From Thermoplasmata archaeon (GTDB lineage Archaea; Thermoplasmatota; Thermoplasmata; Thermoplasmatales; GCA-001856825): DNA of 64,000 nt. The notes beneath the pieces were generated by a model, which worked only from the letters and a program-made list of their open reading frames with translations, had not been told where the DNA came from and did no database searches. Each line of letters opens with the position of its first letter. Position 1 is the stretch's first letter. Position numbers and translations under genes: made by a program. The stretch covers positions 32,001-96,000 of the forward strand of contig JAJYUZ010000001.1 of NCBI GenBank assembly GCA_021792255.1, given 5' to 3'. Of this stretch, positions 1-10,942 are shown piece by piece.

Positions 1-2
1 AC

Positions 3-899
3 GAAAAGAGCACGAACCCCCCACCGAGGTACACTCAAGGGTCGCTTCTAGAAAAAATGGAAAAGGAACTTCTGGGCACCAAGAGCACGAGACACGAAAT
101 AATTCAGAAACTTTACGATCGTGGATTCATAGAAGGGAATCCGATAAGGGTAAGACCGTTGGGAATGGCCATGGGTGAGTCTCTGATCCTCAATTCCGAG
201 GCCGTTGCAAGACCTGAAATGACAGCAAGACTCGAACAAGAAATGGATCAGATCGCTGGCGGTTCTAAGAAAAAGGAAGAGGTCGTTGAAGACAGTCGTT
301 CCATGCTATCTGGTCTGCTCGATGATTTGATAGGAAAGTCGGACAGGATTAGTGAAAAATTCTACGAAACCCTGAAACTGGAAAAGGTCGTGGGCAAGTG
401 TCCTAAGTGCGGTTCCGACCTCATAATAGATTACAGCAACAATTCAAGATACATTAAGTGTACTGGACCTTCGAACGATTTCTTCCAGTATCTACCGAAG
501 ATGGGAAAGATTGAGGTAACGGATGAAAAGTGTCCCGTTTGCAATCTCTTCTTGATCAAGGTCATCAGAAAGGGCGAAAGACCGGAGACCAGGTGCGTGG
601 ACAACAAGTGCTCGTACAACACGAGCAGGGAGACATTCGGCAAATGCCCTTCGGACGGTGGAAATCTGGTCCTGAGGAGAAGCAAGATGTCGACTCGCTT
701 CATCGGCTGTTCCAATTATCCAAACTGTAAGGTCACTCTTTCGATTCCTCAGAAGATGGACATTATTCCGACCAACAAGAAGTGCGCGATAGACGATTTT
801 CCTATGGCCATTTTTAAGTACGGGAAGGAAGAGGTCGAACAATGCCTGAATTCAAAGTGTTCAAGCCGGTCGGGAAAGAAATCAGAGAATTCCAAATGA
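3..899 (+). CDS. topA: DNA topoisomerase IA, C-terminal part (5' end outside window)
   Basis: Frame is open from position 3 (PPPRYTQGSLLEKME..LGTKSTR...PEMTARLEQEMDQI), followed by tandem C4 Zn ribbons (CPKCG, CPVC, CPSDG, FIGCSNYPNC). Confidence 0.93.
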   Translation, partial: EKSTNPPPRYTQGSLLEKMEKELLGTKSTRHEIIQKLYDRGFIEGNPIRVRPLGMAMGESLILNSEAVARPEMTARLEQEMDQIAGGSKKKEEVVEDSRSMLSGLLDDLIGKSDRISEKFYETLKLEKVVGKCPKCGSDLIIDYSNNSRYIKCTGPSNDFFQYLPKMGKIEVTDEKCPVCNLFLIKVIRKGERPETRCVDNKCSYNTSRETFGKCPSDGGNLVLRRSKMSTRFIGCSNYPNCKVTLSIPQKMDIIPTNKKCAIDDFPMAIFKYGKEEVEQCLNSKCSSRSGKKSENSK

Positions 900-1276
900 C
901 GACTTATTTCACTGACACTCTGTATTTTCCAGACGTAAACCTAACTGAATTGTACTCTCCAAAGTCACCTTAGAAATGCGTCCCTCAGAAATATTACCAT
1001 CGTTCAGACTTTTGAAGCTATTGAAAATAATGACGTCACACGAACAATTAGCGGTGCGTCCTTCTGAATTCATTTAAATAAATCTTGGATCTCAATCATA
1101 TTGAAACTTCAGCCCTAAAGTTGACCTTAAATAATAGCGTTTAATTTTTCGATTAAAAAAACCAGAAAAATCTGACGCTTCATATAAGCTGTTCTTACGA
1201 AAAAAGACAGAAAACTATATATATAAAGTATGACATATTGATGCCATATAACAGACAACTGTCATACGGTGAAAAA

Positions 1277-4200
1277 ATGTTCCTAAAAAGAATTGAAATG
1301 GAAAATTTCAAGTCATTTGGAAGAAAGACAGTAATAGATTTTAGATCCGGTTATACGTCGGTAACAGGTCCGAATGCTTCTGGAAAGAGCAACATAGGAG
1401 ATGCTCTTCTGTTCGTTCTTGGAACCAAGAGTAATAAATCTCTAAGGGCTCAGAAGCTAATTGATCTTATTCACCGAAATCAGTCAGGAAAACCCTCTCC
1501 CTATCTCAAAGCAAGTGTGACTTTCGACAACACCGACAAGTTGGTTCCACTGGAAGCGAATGAGGTAACTTTCACTAGGATGGTGAAACTTTCAGAGAAT
1601 AATGATCAGGATTACTCTTCCTACTACTATATTAACGATGACAGGGCAAGACTCCAGGATTTCGAATACCTCCTAGAAAAAGTGAAGATATTCGCCGACG
1701 GCTACAATTTTGTCAGGCAGGGTGATATCACCGGAATAGTCGAAATGACTCCTCTGGAACGACGAGGCATCTTGGAAGAAGTAGGGGGTATTTCTGTATA
1801 CAACAACGAGATCGAAAAGGCAAACAATGAAAAGGACAAGACCAGAGAAAATATGGTCACAGTTCAAGCACTGATCACCGAACTCTCAGGGAGGGTCGAG
1901 CTTCTGACGAAGGAAAAGGAGCAAGCTGAGGTATATCTATCGAAAAAGAAAGAAGTAGACAAAGATGAGTCCGTACTCCTTTACAGAAAGAAGAGCGATA
2001 CCGAGAACGAGATCTCAACAATTAAAGAGCAAATGGAAAAGATAAGCACAGAAGTTAAGGCTGCAGATGAGAAGATAAAAGAGTTGCTTGTGAAGGGGGA
2101 AGAGTTGGACAAGAAGATATCTTCTATGAAGGAGAGCAACAAAGATCTTGAGGAATTCCAGAAGATAAAGAATGATCTTGATGCTAGCAAGATAAATTAT
2201 GCCAAGACAAACATGGAACACGAGAATCTGCAAGGAACGATTTCACAGATCAAGAAAGAAATCTCCGAGCTCATAACGAGAAAGAAGAAACTGGAGACAG
2301 AAGTAAAACAGAGTGAAGCTAAGGTCAAGGCCCTTGAGGGAGAACTGAGGATAAAGAGCGATGGTTTGAGGGAGCTGGAGCTCAGCATTCAGGACTTGGA
2401 AAACAAATCTGCAACATCAGTAGACAAATTCGAGGACCTGACAAAATCAATGAATGTGATCAGCAAGCAGAAAGAGGATACTCTCAGCGAGCTCGCGAAA
2501 CACAAATCCAATTTATCATCCATTCAGGGAAAGAATTCGGGGATAATGGAAGAGATTTCAAAGATAGAGGAAGAGCTCGCAAATCTCGAGTTCTCCATAA
2601 AAGACGCAGACTGGCGATCCAAGAATCTCAAAAAGGCAACTCCTCAGGGCGAGGACTTCAACAAAAACTATCTCGATACTAAGAGAAAAATGGAGGGGCT
2701 GCGGAGGGATGAAGAAGAGATAACTTCTCAAATTGAGAAGACAGAGAGCGAGGTAGGCAAGGTACAGGGTGTAAAACTTTCTGGGGTATGGGAGAGTATC
2801 AACTTCATAAACGTCGAATCCTCAAACGGGAATTTGAAGGGAATCAAGGGGACGGTCGATTCACTGATAAGTTATTCTCCGGAGAATGAAAAGGCGATCA
2901 GGGCCGCCGGAGGAAACAGACTATTCAGCATAGTCGTGGACAGAGATGAAGACGCACAGGTTGCAATAGAATTACTGAAGAGAAAGGGGAGAGGACGACT
3001 TACATTTCTGCCGCTCAACAAGATAATCCCACTCAGGCCGAGAGGAAAGGCGGTGATGCTGGCCCAGGGTCAATCGACATTGGGCTTCCTTTCTGAGAAG
3101 ATAAAAGCTGATGATTCGTTAAAGGACATAGTAAGCTACGTCTTTTCTGATACTCTACTCGTAAGCGATATGAAGGTGGCCAGGGAGGTAATGGGAGGAG
3201 TGAGAATAGTCACTCTAGATGGTGATCTCATTGATCCTAGCAACGCAATGACTGGAGGAAACCTTCCGAAGAGAGAGATCGGAAAGGACTTGGAAGGGCT
3301 CACTTCAAAACTTTCTTTGCTCAAGGGAAGGAGAGTCGAAATAAGAAACGAACTGGCTTCTCTCGAAAACGAGTTGAGAAATCTAGCAGAGAAAATAAAC
3401 AAGGCCCACCTAGAAGTAGGAAAGTCGGAGGGAGAATTTACTCAGATAGTAAGCAGAAAGAAAGAACTTGAAGAACAATTGAGAAAGAAAAAGGGATACT
3501 TGGAAGAAAGAAAGAAACTTCTCGAACTCGGCACAAAAGATGAGCAGGCGGAAAACAGTGCAATCGCACAGATAAATTCAGAATTAGATTCCATAGGCAA
3601 GCAAGTGGAAAAGTTGAACGGCGAGAAGGACAAGACAATGGATAAGAAGACCAGAGAAGAAATAAGGCTGATGAAGCAGAAGTCAAGCGATCTCAAGAGT
3701 GATGTGGAAGGAAAGACTACATTCCTGAACGAGCAGAAGATGTCTTTGAGCGCATTGAAGGCAAACCACGACTCGATAGAGGAATCGATCGAGACGAAGC
3801 AGGATGAGCTCTCTACCAACAAGAAATTGTCGGATGATCAGGAGGCTTCGCTAAGCAAAATGAAGGCCGAATTGGATACAGTCACATCAATGTTCCAATC
3901 AAAGGAAGGTAAATTAAAGCAAAGAGGGGAAGAGATAGAAAAAATCACCAACGAGAGATTCAAGATCAGATCAGAAGTCGAGTCCAAGACTACGATAAAG
4001 AAGACCAAACAAGACTTCTTGTTATCGCTTCAGGCCAAGATGGAAGACGCAGCGCAGAGAATCACTGAACTGGCCAAAACCATAGAGGAAAAGAAATTCG
4101 AAATAATAGAAGATAAAAGGTCTGTAGAAGAGATAAAGAAAGAGATTAACTTACTCGAAAACCAGCTGCACGAGATGGAACCGATCAACCTCAAGAGCAT

Positions 4201-4786
4201 AAACGACTATGCAGAAGAGAAGGCACGACTGGACGAACTTCTGGGAAAGAAGGAGCGCCTCGATGACGAAATGAAGAGATTGGGAGACCTTGAAAGCAAG
4301 CTTGAAGAACAGAAGAAGGTGGTATTCCTTGAAGTCTTCGGGGCGGTCAACAAGAACTTCATAGAAATTTACAAGGAACTGACGAACGGAGGAGAAGGAT
4401 ACCTGCTCTTGGAAAACATAACGAATCCTTTCCAGGGTGGACTCTTGATAAAGGCTTCGTCAAAGGGGAAGAAGGTCGACAATCTCGCATCACTTAGCGG
4501 TGGTGAAAAGAGCATCGCCGCTCTATCACTAATCATCGCCATACAGAACTATGATCCATCTCCTATCTATTTCATGGACGAAGTCGACATGTTTTTGGAT
4601 GGAGTTAATGCTGAAAACGTCGGAAGGCTGTTTAGAAGAAATTCCGGAAATGCGCAGATCATTGCGGTAACTCTCAGGAAGGCCACTATGAAGTATGCGC
4701 ATCAGATCATTGGCGTGACTTTCCAGGACAAGAACAGCACTATCTTTACCAAGGAACTTGAACAGGAGGAGGCTGCTGCGACATGA
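1277..4786 (+). CDS. smc: Chromosome segregation ATPase SMC
   Basis: MFLKRIEMENFKSF, Walker A GPNASGKSN, long coiled coils, hinge (GRLTFLPL, GDLID..MTGG), LSGGEK signature, Walker B FMDEVD. Start placed at ATG 1277 after a GGTGA Shine-Dalgarno. Confidence 0.97.
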   Translation: MFLKRIEMENFKSFGRKTVIDFRSGYTSVTGPNASGKSNIGDALLFVLGTKSNKSLRAQKLIDLIHRNQSGKPSPYLKASVTFDNTDKLVPLEANEVTFTRMVKLSENNDQDYSSYYYINDDRARLQDFEYLLEKVKIFADGYNFVRQGDITGIVEMTPLERRGILEEVGGISVYNNEIEKANNEKDKTRENMVTVQALITELSGRVELLTKEKEQAEVYLSKKKEVDKDESVLLYRKKSDTENEISTIKEQMEKISTEVKAADEKIKELLVKGEELDKKISSMKESNKDLEEFQKIKNDLDASKINYAKTNMEHENLQGTISQIKKEISELITRKKKLETEVKQSEAKVKALEGELRIKSDGLRELELSIQDLENKSATSVDKFEDLTKSMNVISKQKEDTLSELAKHKSNLSSIQGKNSGIMEEISKIEEELANLEFSIKDADWRSKNLKKATPQGEDFNKNYLDTKRKMEGLRRDEEEITSQIEKTESEVGKVQGVKLSGVWESINFINVESSNGNLKGIKGTVDSLISYSPENEKAIRAAGGNRLFSIVVDRDEDAQVAIELLKRKGRGRLTFLPLNKIIPLRPRGKAVMLAQGQSTLGFLSEKIKADDSLKDIVSYVFSDTLLVSDMKVAREVMGGVRIVTLDGDLIDPSNAMTGGNLPKREIGKDLEGLTSKLSLLKGRRVEIRNELASLENELRNLAEKINKAHLEVGKSEGEFTQIVSRKKELEEQLRKKKGYLEERKKLLELGTKDEQAENSAIAQINSELDSIGKQVEKLNGEKDKTMDKKTREEIRLMKQKSSDLKSDVEGKTTFLNEQKMSLSALKANHDSIEESIETKQDELSTNKKLSDDQEASLSKMKAELDTVTSMFQSKEGKLKQRGEEIEKITNERFKIRSEVESKTTIKKTKQDFLLSLQAKMEDAAQRITELAKTIEEKKFEIIEDKRSVEEIKKEINLLENQLHEMEPINLKSINDYAEEKARLDELLGKKERLDDEMKRLGDLESKLEEQKKVVFLEVFGAVNKNFIEIYKELTNGGEGYLLLENITNPFQGGLLIKASSKGKKVDNLASLSGGEKSIAALSLIIAIQNYDPSPIYFMDEVDMFLDGVNAENVGRLFRRNSGNAQIIAVTLRKATMKYAHQIIGVTFQDKNSTIFTKELEQEEAAAT

Positions 4787-5562
4787 GCACCGAACTCGTT
4801 TCAGAGATTCTAGACAAGAAAAAGGATCAGGCCGTCATTGAGAAGATCATTCAGGAAGAGATCAATCCGGATATCGATAACAAGAGGGGAGAAGTAATTC
4901 TGAAGGTACTCGAAGTCGTTGACAAATACGATCTCGATCCGTGGAACATAGACCTGGAAAAATTCACGTCTGTTTTCTTGAATGAAGTCAACCAGTACTT
5001 CAGGGACTTCCCTGTGGCCGGAAAGATAGTCTACTTTGCGTGGATCAATATCAGAAACAAGAGCGAACTTCTGTTACCACAACCGGAAGAACAGGAAGAG
5101 TTGTTCGACGAACAGATGGAAGTTGGAGAAGAGGATCTTCCAATTCCAGACATAGCACTTGGGTACCTGCCAGTAGAGAAGAGGAATGTGACGATAGAAG
5201 ACATACTTGAAGCAATAAAGAACACACCTCTGAGCCTCCTACGGAGCACGGTCAAGAAAGCCAAGAAGATCATATTCCAGGAAACAGCTCATCCAGAAGA
5301 CTTCCACGTAATAATCGGAGAGATCTGGACGAGAATGCTTCTGGCAAAGAAGGACCACTTCACAATGGAATCGATTTCAAACAGCTCGGAAGATGACGTG
5401 ATAAACGTATTTCAATCATCACTATTCCTGTCTTACTACGGCAGGATCGAGCTGAATCAGGAGACTCCCTTTGGCAACATCTGGATAAAGATGCTGAAGA
5501 GGGACAAAACTACCGCACCAATTCCAGAAGTCAAGTTGGAAGAAGACGAATTCGCAGTTTGA
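4783..5562 (+). CDS. scpA: Kleisin ScpA
   Basis: ATGA overlap with smc; LDPWNIDL N-terminal motif and F..LFL...GRIELNQETPFGNI C-terminal winged-helix motif. Confidence 0.92.
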   Translation: MSTELVSEILDKKKDQAVIEKIIQEEINPDIDNKRGEVILKVLEVVDKYDLDPWNIDLEKFTSVFLNEVNQYFRDFPVAGKIVYFAWINIRNKSELLLPQPEEQEELFDEQMEVGEEDLPIPDIALGYLPVEKRNVTIEDILEAIKNTPLSLLRSTVKKAKKIIFQETAHPEDFHVIIGEIWTRMLLAKKDHFTMESISNSSEDDVINVFQSSLFLSYYGRIELNQETPFGNIWIKMLKRDKTTAPIPEVKLEEDEFAV

Positions 5563-5639
5563 ATCGAACGCAGGATTGACGGTAAAATAACCAAGGGTAG
5601 CCTTGATTATGAAAGGAATAGAAAATGAGAAGATAGATC

Positions 5640-6089
5640 TCAGGTCGGAATAAGGGGTTTCTCCATCGTGTAGGCGTCTGAGCCATCGTTGTAATACGAC
5701 GGAAGAAGACTGGATATCAAGTATCCGTGGTTCTTGTAGAAATTTATCCCCTCCAGATTGTCCGTCCTGACCTCCAGCTTCACCTTGTTCACCTTGACCT
5801 TTAGGGCCTCCTCTTCGAATAGAGACATCAGTCCCGTGCCTATCCCATTGTTCCTAAACGGAGTGTCAACGGCTAGCATCAGAATCCTGGCTTCTTTTTC
5901 GCCTGAAATTCCTCCGCAAATGAATCCCGCTATTGAATGGTCAGACATTCCCACGATGAAGGCAGAAGGCCACGATCTCTGGATGTCTAGGAAGACAAAG
6001 TCATTGTATCGCTCCGTCAGGTTCTTCTTGGTTATCTCTATTATTGCACCGAGTTCGGAAGGATTGAACAATCTGAACTGCACAAACAT
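5640..6089 (-). CDS. GNAT N-terminal acetyltransferase (RimI/Ard1 family)
   Basis: LAVD..FRNNGIG, LEVRTDN..GINFY, YYNDGSDAYTM motifs. Confidence 0.88.
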   Translation of the reverse strand: MFVQFRLFNPSELGAIIEITKKNLTERYNDFVFLDIQRSWPSAFIVGMSDHSIAGFICGGISGEKEARILMLAVDTPFRNNGIGTGLMSLFEEEALKVKVNKVKLEVRTDNLEGINFYKNHGYLISSLLPSYYNDGSDAYTMEKPLIPT

Positions 6090-6095
6090 AGCCCT

Positions 6096-7292
6096 TCAGA
6101 ATGTGTTTATTTCACCCGCTACCAGCATCTTCGTTATTCTGTTCAAATTGGCCAACCAGTCGTTCGCTATCTGGGTGAAGTCCTTCGTATATTTTTTTGC
6201 AGTCGGCTCGCTCGTTCCAATTATTTGTAGATTGGCTACGTGTGGATCATCAATCGGTCTTCCAATCTGCGAAACAATTCTTACGTGAATTTCTGGAACG
6301 TCTCCGCCAGCCTCTTTGATTGCCTGTTCGGCTATTTTCATTGCTGCAAGATTGTACAGTTTGCCAACGTGAGTCACGGGATTCTTACCAGCTGCTGCTT
6401 CCATGCTCATCGGTCTGTAAGGAGTAATCAATCCGGTCACCCTGTTTCCTCTTCCAACGGAACCATCGTCTCCATTTTCCATTGATAGTCCAGTCACCGT
6501 GAGATAGTAGATGTTGTCTTTCGGGTTATCCGCGGTATTGACTGAAACCTTGATCTCACGCTTCGAGTCTTTCTGGACAAACTTCTGGATTAATTCTCTT
6601 GCCTTTTCCTTCTTGTCTGCATAATCTTTTCCGTCTTTAACGTACTTCCCGACCATTGCAGCTGCTATCGTCAGGTTGATCGTATCCTTCTTCCTGAATC
6701 CCATCACCTTGACATCGTATCCAAGCGCAGGTATAGTTTTCTTCAATTCTGAATTGATATAGTTCTCCGCCCTCATGACTGCTCTCTCTGTTTCAGAATA
6801 TGGAGCAAAGCCTACCCCGAACGATGTATCATTTGAAAGCAATTTAGTTGTATCGTACAAAGATCTCAAATCAACCGACCCATGTCCGATTCTACAATCT
6901 ATCATTACATCGCTCTCGATGTTGAGCATATCAAACCTGTCCCTCAGGTAATCAGAAGCAGCCTTTATTGCAATGCTTCTGTACGGTATTCTTTTCCCGT
7001 TGACGGACGTAGTCGCTCTACCCGACAACAGAATGTAGACAGGTTCGAGAACAGTACCACCGTTGAATTCTGGTTGTGACTGACCTCCAACCACTTCTAC
7101 CTGGTCGGTATTATGATGCAGTATTCTTCCGTAGTTTTCTATGTAGTATCTCGATAAAGATCTGCTTACTGCCTCAGCGATTCCATCAGATACGGAATCT
7201 GGGTGACCGATTCCCTTTCGTTCCACTATTTCGACTTCTCTTTGCTCAACTAAGGCTTGAGGCAAAGATTCGACGACAATATTCCTTGTCAT
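6096..7292 (-). CDS. mat: Archaeal S-adenosylmethionine synthetase
   Basis: VERKGIGHPD, HHNTD, NDTSFGVG, GDDGSVGRGNR, EAAAGKNPVTHVGKLYN. Start placed at ATG 7292 after GGAGGAG. Confidence 0.96.
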   Translation of the reverse strand: MTRNIVVESLPQALVEQREVEIVERKGIGHPDSVSDGIAEAVSRSLSRYYIENYGRILHHNTDQVEVVGGQSQPEFNGGTVLEPVYILLSGRATTSVNGKRIPYRSIAIKAASDYLRDRFDMLNIESDVMIDCRIGHGSVDLRSLYDTTKLLSNDTSFGVGFAPYSETERAVMRAENYINSELKKTIPALGYDVKVMGFRKKDTINLTIAAAMVGKYVKDGKDYADKKEKARELIQKFVQKDSKREIKVSVNTADNPKDNIYYLTVTGLSMENGDDGSVGRGNRVTGLITPYRPMSMEAAAGKNPVTHVGKLYNLAAMKIAEQAIKEAGGDVPEIHVRIVSQIGRPIDDPHVANLQIIGTSEPTAKKYTKDFTQIANDWLANLNRITKMLVAGEINTF

Positions 7293-7414
7293 TATGGACT
7301 CCTCCATAATCGGTAAAATTTCTTTAATGATTAAAATTTTTGTGAATCTTATTTATATACAAATTGTTCGAAAACCCGAAAAACAGTTTAATACGCTCGA
7401 TTTATTTAGAAAAC

Positions 7415-8896
7415 GTGGGAATTAGAGGGGAAAGGAACGCCATAATTTCGGTTTCCAATAAAGAAGGGCTTGATCGGGTTGGAAATTTTTTATTATCGAA
7501 CAGGTTCAAAATTTTCGGAACGTCGGGAACTAAGTTGTTTCTCGAGAACCACGGCATCTCTTGTGAGAGCGTCGAAAAACTGACTGGGAATCCTGAAATT
7601 CTTGGGGGAAGGGTGAAGACGTTATCATCTTCCCTGCTGGCAGGAATACTTGCACCTGAAAGAGATAACGAAGATCTCAAGAGATTCGATTATCTTCCCA
7701 TTGACCTCATTTTCGTCGAACTTTATGATTTTCTAGGCTCGTACCTCAAAGGTGTCGAAGATCTCGTGGAATTTATCGATATTGGGGGCGTAACGATGCT
7801 CAGGGCTGCCGCCAAAAATTTCCAAAGGGTTGTAACCGTACCTGGAAGGAGTGCGATGGAACGAGTAATGGCCGATATGAATGATGGAGAAGTTTCTTCG
7901 GAACTTAGGAAATCCTTAGCCGCCGAAACTTTTAGATTGACCTCTCTTTACGATTATGCGATATCCCAGTGGCTCGATGGAAGAGGAGATGTTTTTACTA
8001 CCGGAGGAAGGGAATTTACAAAACTGAGGTACGGTGAGAACCCACATCAATCTGCCCATTCATATTCCCTCTATCCTCCTTTCTTTGACGTTCTCAAGAT
8101 TGGGAAGGAAGTCAGCTTCAACAATATAATAGATGCGTGGGCCGCTTGGGAATTGGTCCTAAGGTTGGGAGCAGGATCGAGTTCCGTTGTCAAGCATGCT
8201 GCCCCGTGTGGTGCTGCATTAGGGCCTAGATCAATAGAGATGGCGTACGATTCAGATTCAATTTCAGCTTATGGCGGCATTCTCGCCTATAATGGTACTA
8301 TTGATTCTGAGCACGTATCATTTTTGAAGGACAAGTACCTCGAAGTCATAATCGCCAGAGAATTCGAAAAAAATGCTCACGATCAACTTGAAAAGAAGAA
8401 GAATCTTAGACTTCTCAGGGGGAAGGATGAAGTATATTCGATTCCAGACATTAGAAGCGCTGGCAACATTCTGCTCGTGCAGGAATGGAATAAGAAGTCT
8501 GATCTGGGTCTAGTGACCAGATGTGGCAATCCGAGTGAGGAAACCATAAAAGATGCGAAGTTTGGATGGGAAGTTGTGAAGTCAATAAAGAGCAACGCAA
8601 TCGCGCTAGTCAAAGGGGGGTGGCTCTTGTCCTCAGGAGGAGGTCAGCCTAACCGTGTAGATTCAGTCAGGATAGCTCTAAGTAAATCGAAAGAACTTGG
8701 AAGAACGGACTCTTCAGCAGTACTCATCTCTGATGGATTTTTCCCATTTGCAGATTCCGTTGAAATTATCGAAAAGAGTGGAATCAAAAACATAGCCGCG
8801 CCCATGGGTTCAATTAGGGACGACGAGGTTCTTGACTATTCTAAAAAGAATGGACTTACGTTCATCGAGGTAAAGGAGAGGGCATTCAGGCACTGA
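7415..8896 (+). CDS. purH: Bifunctional AICAR transformylase/IMP cyclohydrolase
   Basis: ISVSNKEGL, GGRVKTL, IDIGGVTMLRAAAKN, LRYGENPHQ, KHAAPCG, SDGFFPF, RAFRH. Start is uncertain (GTG 7415 lies about 28 nt after TTTAATA; the track gives TTG 7364). Confidence 0.93.
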   Translation: MGIRGERNAIISVSNKEGLDRVGNFLLSNRFKIFGTSGTKLFLENHGISCESVEKLTGNPEILGGRVKTLSSSLLAGILAPERDNEDLKRFDYLPIDLIFVELYDFLGSYLKGVEDLVEFIDIGGVTMLRAAAKNFQRVVTVPGRSAMERVMADMNDGEVSSELRKSLAAETFRLTSLYDYAISQWLDGRGDVFTTGGREFTKLRYGENPHQSAHSYSLYPPFFDVLKIGKEVSFNNIIDAWAAWELVLRLGAGSSSVVKHAAPCGAALGPRSIEMAYDSDSISAYGGILAYNGTIDSEHVSFLKDKYLEVIIAREFEKNAHDQLEKKKNLRLLRGKDEVYSIPDIRSAGNILLVQEWNKKSDLGLVTRCGNPSEETIKDAKFGWEVVKSIKSNAIALVKGGWLLSSGGGQPNRVDSVRIALSKSKELGRTDSSAVLISDGFFPFADSVEIIEKSGIKNIAAPMGSIRDDEVLDYSKKNGLTFIEVKERAFRH

Positions 8897-8897
8897 T

Positions 8898-9677
8898 TTA
8901 TGGGACGTAGCGGTAAATGCCGCTTTTTATTTCCATTATCTCTCCATCATTCATGAGATTTCTTATTTCTTCTTCTAGCTCTTCTCTGGGTATTCTGGTC
9001 TCAAATTTATTTACTATCTCGTCAAGTGAAATCTCTCTGTAATTCTTAATTTCCCTCAAAATACTCTCCCTGTTCCCCTTATTCACTTTTTGAAGAAAAG
9101 TCTCGATTTGATCTGAGAATTTCTCAACATCAAGGGAACCCTTCAACTCAAAACGGGTGAAGAGGCCAGTTCCGTTTCTCTCTGAATTCATTAGCGCAGA
9201 AAGTTCCTCCTTTTCCCTGATTCCTGAAGAGATGGCTCTTGAAATCTTCTTTACCCTTTCACTCATAAATTGAATGGCCTTAGCTTCGAAATACTTTCTA
9301 TCAAGTTCCGATATTTTGGAAATATTCTCCAAGTAGAAACGTTTAGAAAACTGCGACTGTGAATTCGAAATTGAGATTTTACCCGCGATCAGAACGTTAT
9401 CATTTTCGGCGAGTTCTTCGAGGATTTCAAGGCTATCGGAATAATAAGAACCCACAGAGAGAGCTATTTCGTTGAAGCTGTCTTTTATCTTCAGGATTGA
9501 GCGGTCGTCTTCCTCCATTTTTGATACGAATTTTCCCGAAATTAGGAACCTGTTTACTAGAAGGCCTAACTCCGAAAGCCCGTAAGTAGTTGCATCATCT
9601 CCATTTTCTTGGTAAACCTCGTCTATTCCCAACAGTTCAGGAGTGGTTATCCGCACGGCGGGTTCTCTCTGTCTCAT
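8898..9677 (-). CDS. RPA-associated/RPA32-like OB-fold protein with C-terminal winged helix
   Basis: REPAVR N-terminus, GL.VNRFLISG, C-terminal wH (EEEIRNLMNDGEIME); overlaps the upstream RPA gene. Confidence 0.75.
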   Translation of the reverse strand: MRQREPAVRITTPELLGIDEVYQENGDDATTYGLSELGLLVNRFLISGKFVSKMEEDDRSILKIKDSFNEIALSVGSYYSDSLEILEELAENDNVLIAGKISISNSQSQFSKRFYLENISKISELDRKYFEAKAIQFMSERVKKISRAISSGIREKEELSALMNSERNGTGLFTRFELKGSLDVEKFSDQIETFLQKVNKGNRESILREIKNYREISLDEIVNKFETRIPREELEEEIRNLMNDGEIMEIKSGIYRYVP

Positions 9678-10942
9678 CTTAACCCCTCCACCGTTTTCTG
9701 ATATGCCTCACCGGTTGCATTATCGTCCAGCACATCCAATACCTGAAGTTCGTAGTACGTCCCAGACGATCCCCTGAATCCGTATATCTCAAATTTAACG
9801 GGTTTCATGACGATCTTGTTCTTCAGCTCTTGCAGGATATCGGTCTCCTTTCCACTCTCTATAGATCTCTTGATTCTATCCTTTCCTCCGTCTACATATT
9901 TCTCTAGCACTTTCTGGTATGCATAGGCAATTGGAGAGGAATAACCATCATCGACTATAACTGACAGTCGGAGTATTCTCTCTACAGGTGCGTCTGGATG
10001 GTTGGCGCACTTTCCTTCCTTTACCACTCGCTGGCAAACTGAACAGACGGATACCACAAGATTTTTGTCCAGAATTCTTAAGATTAAGCCGCTTCCCTCA
10101 ACGGTCCCATTCTGAGAGTTAGCGAGCTGTTCAAGCGTATCGAATTTACCACTCTCCTTAGAGATCACATTGACCCTTGTGCCTTTTCCAATTTGCAGAT
10201 AGAGCTTCTCTCTGAACTGCTTGACAGAAGCTCCCTTGATCTCCACAGTTCCATTGTCAAGGGGAGTACCCCAACTCTGCACTGAAACGTTTCCCGTGTC
10301 ATCGTTCAGAATTCCCGAGTACAGGGTCACTGAATCTTTCCCCACATTATCTTTGGAGCTCGTAGACCTGAGAGATCCTCTTATAGACACATCGTACAGG
10401 TCCGGCTTCAGATCTTTTATTTTTAGGCTTTCCCCAATGACGCTTCTGAGATTGGATTTTTCAAGTACGTTTAACTCCTGTTTAGAAGAAATTGTCAGGT
10501 AAGGGTGGTCGTTGTAGCTTCCGACTTGTGCATTTACGATAAGCACTAGATCACCCTTGGAAATTCTGCTCGTGCTCTCGGGGAATTCCGTAAAAGGCAA
10601 TTTCCCTGTTTTGTCCTCTAGCGTTCCCACACACCTGATTCTCTTATTTCCCCCCTTTTCGTATTCGATGCACCTGATTGAACTTACATTTCCAAGTATG
10701 TTGCCCTGATAACCATCCCGGATGTCCTTTAAGGTTGTAGCTTGAAAAAAGGAGTCCATATCTCCCGAATATTTCCTAAGGAGTTCCAGCGCCAGGTTGA
10801 GCGGAACTGCATTCTCCATCCCGATTCTCTTCTTGAATTCTGCAGTTGCTTCTTCGTTATTCTGAACTGCCTCGCTGAACCTCTTCGTGTATTGATTTAT
10901 AAAGTCGTTACCGGCCAAATTAATTCGCCCTCGTCTCTTCAA
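9674..10942 (-). CDS. rpa: Replication protein A large subunit (multi-OB fold plus Zn finger)
   Basis: Repeated OB motifs (GTLEDKTG, GILNDDTG, IVDDG) and CSVC-x8-CANH Zn finger. Confidence 0.87.
   Translation of the reverse strand: MKRRGRINLAGNDFINQYTKRFSEAVQNNEEATAEFKKRIGMENAVPLNLALELLRKYSGDMDSFFQATTLKDIRDGYQGNILGNVSSIRCIEYEKGGNKRIRCVGTLEDKTGKLPFTEFPESTSRISKGDLVLIVNAQVGSYNDHPYLTISSKQELNVLEKSNLRSVIGESLKIKDLKPDLYDVSIRGSLRSTSSKDNVGKDSVTLYSGILNDDTGNVSVQSWGTPLDNGTVEIKGASVKQFREKLYLQIGKGTRVNVISKESGKFDTLEQLANSQNGTVEGSGLILRILDKNLVVSVCSVCQRVVKEGKCANHPDAPVERILRLSVIVDDGYSSPIAYAYQKVLEKYVDGGKDRIKRSIESGKETDILQELKNKIVMKPVKFEIYGFRGSSGTYYELQVLDVLDDNATGEAYQKTVEGLR

Noticed and set aside
1277-5562. SMC-based defence system (Wadjet/Lamassu) or Rad50
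   Set aside because: Canonical hinge-containing SMC with ScpA; no JetD/Toprim, effector or Mre11 gene adjacent.
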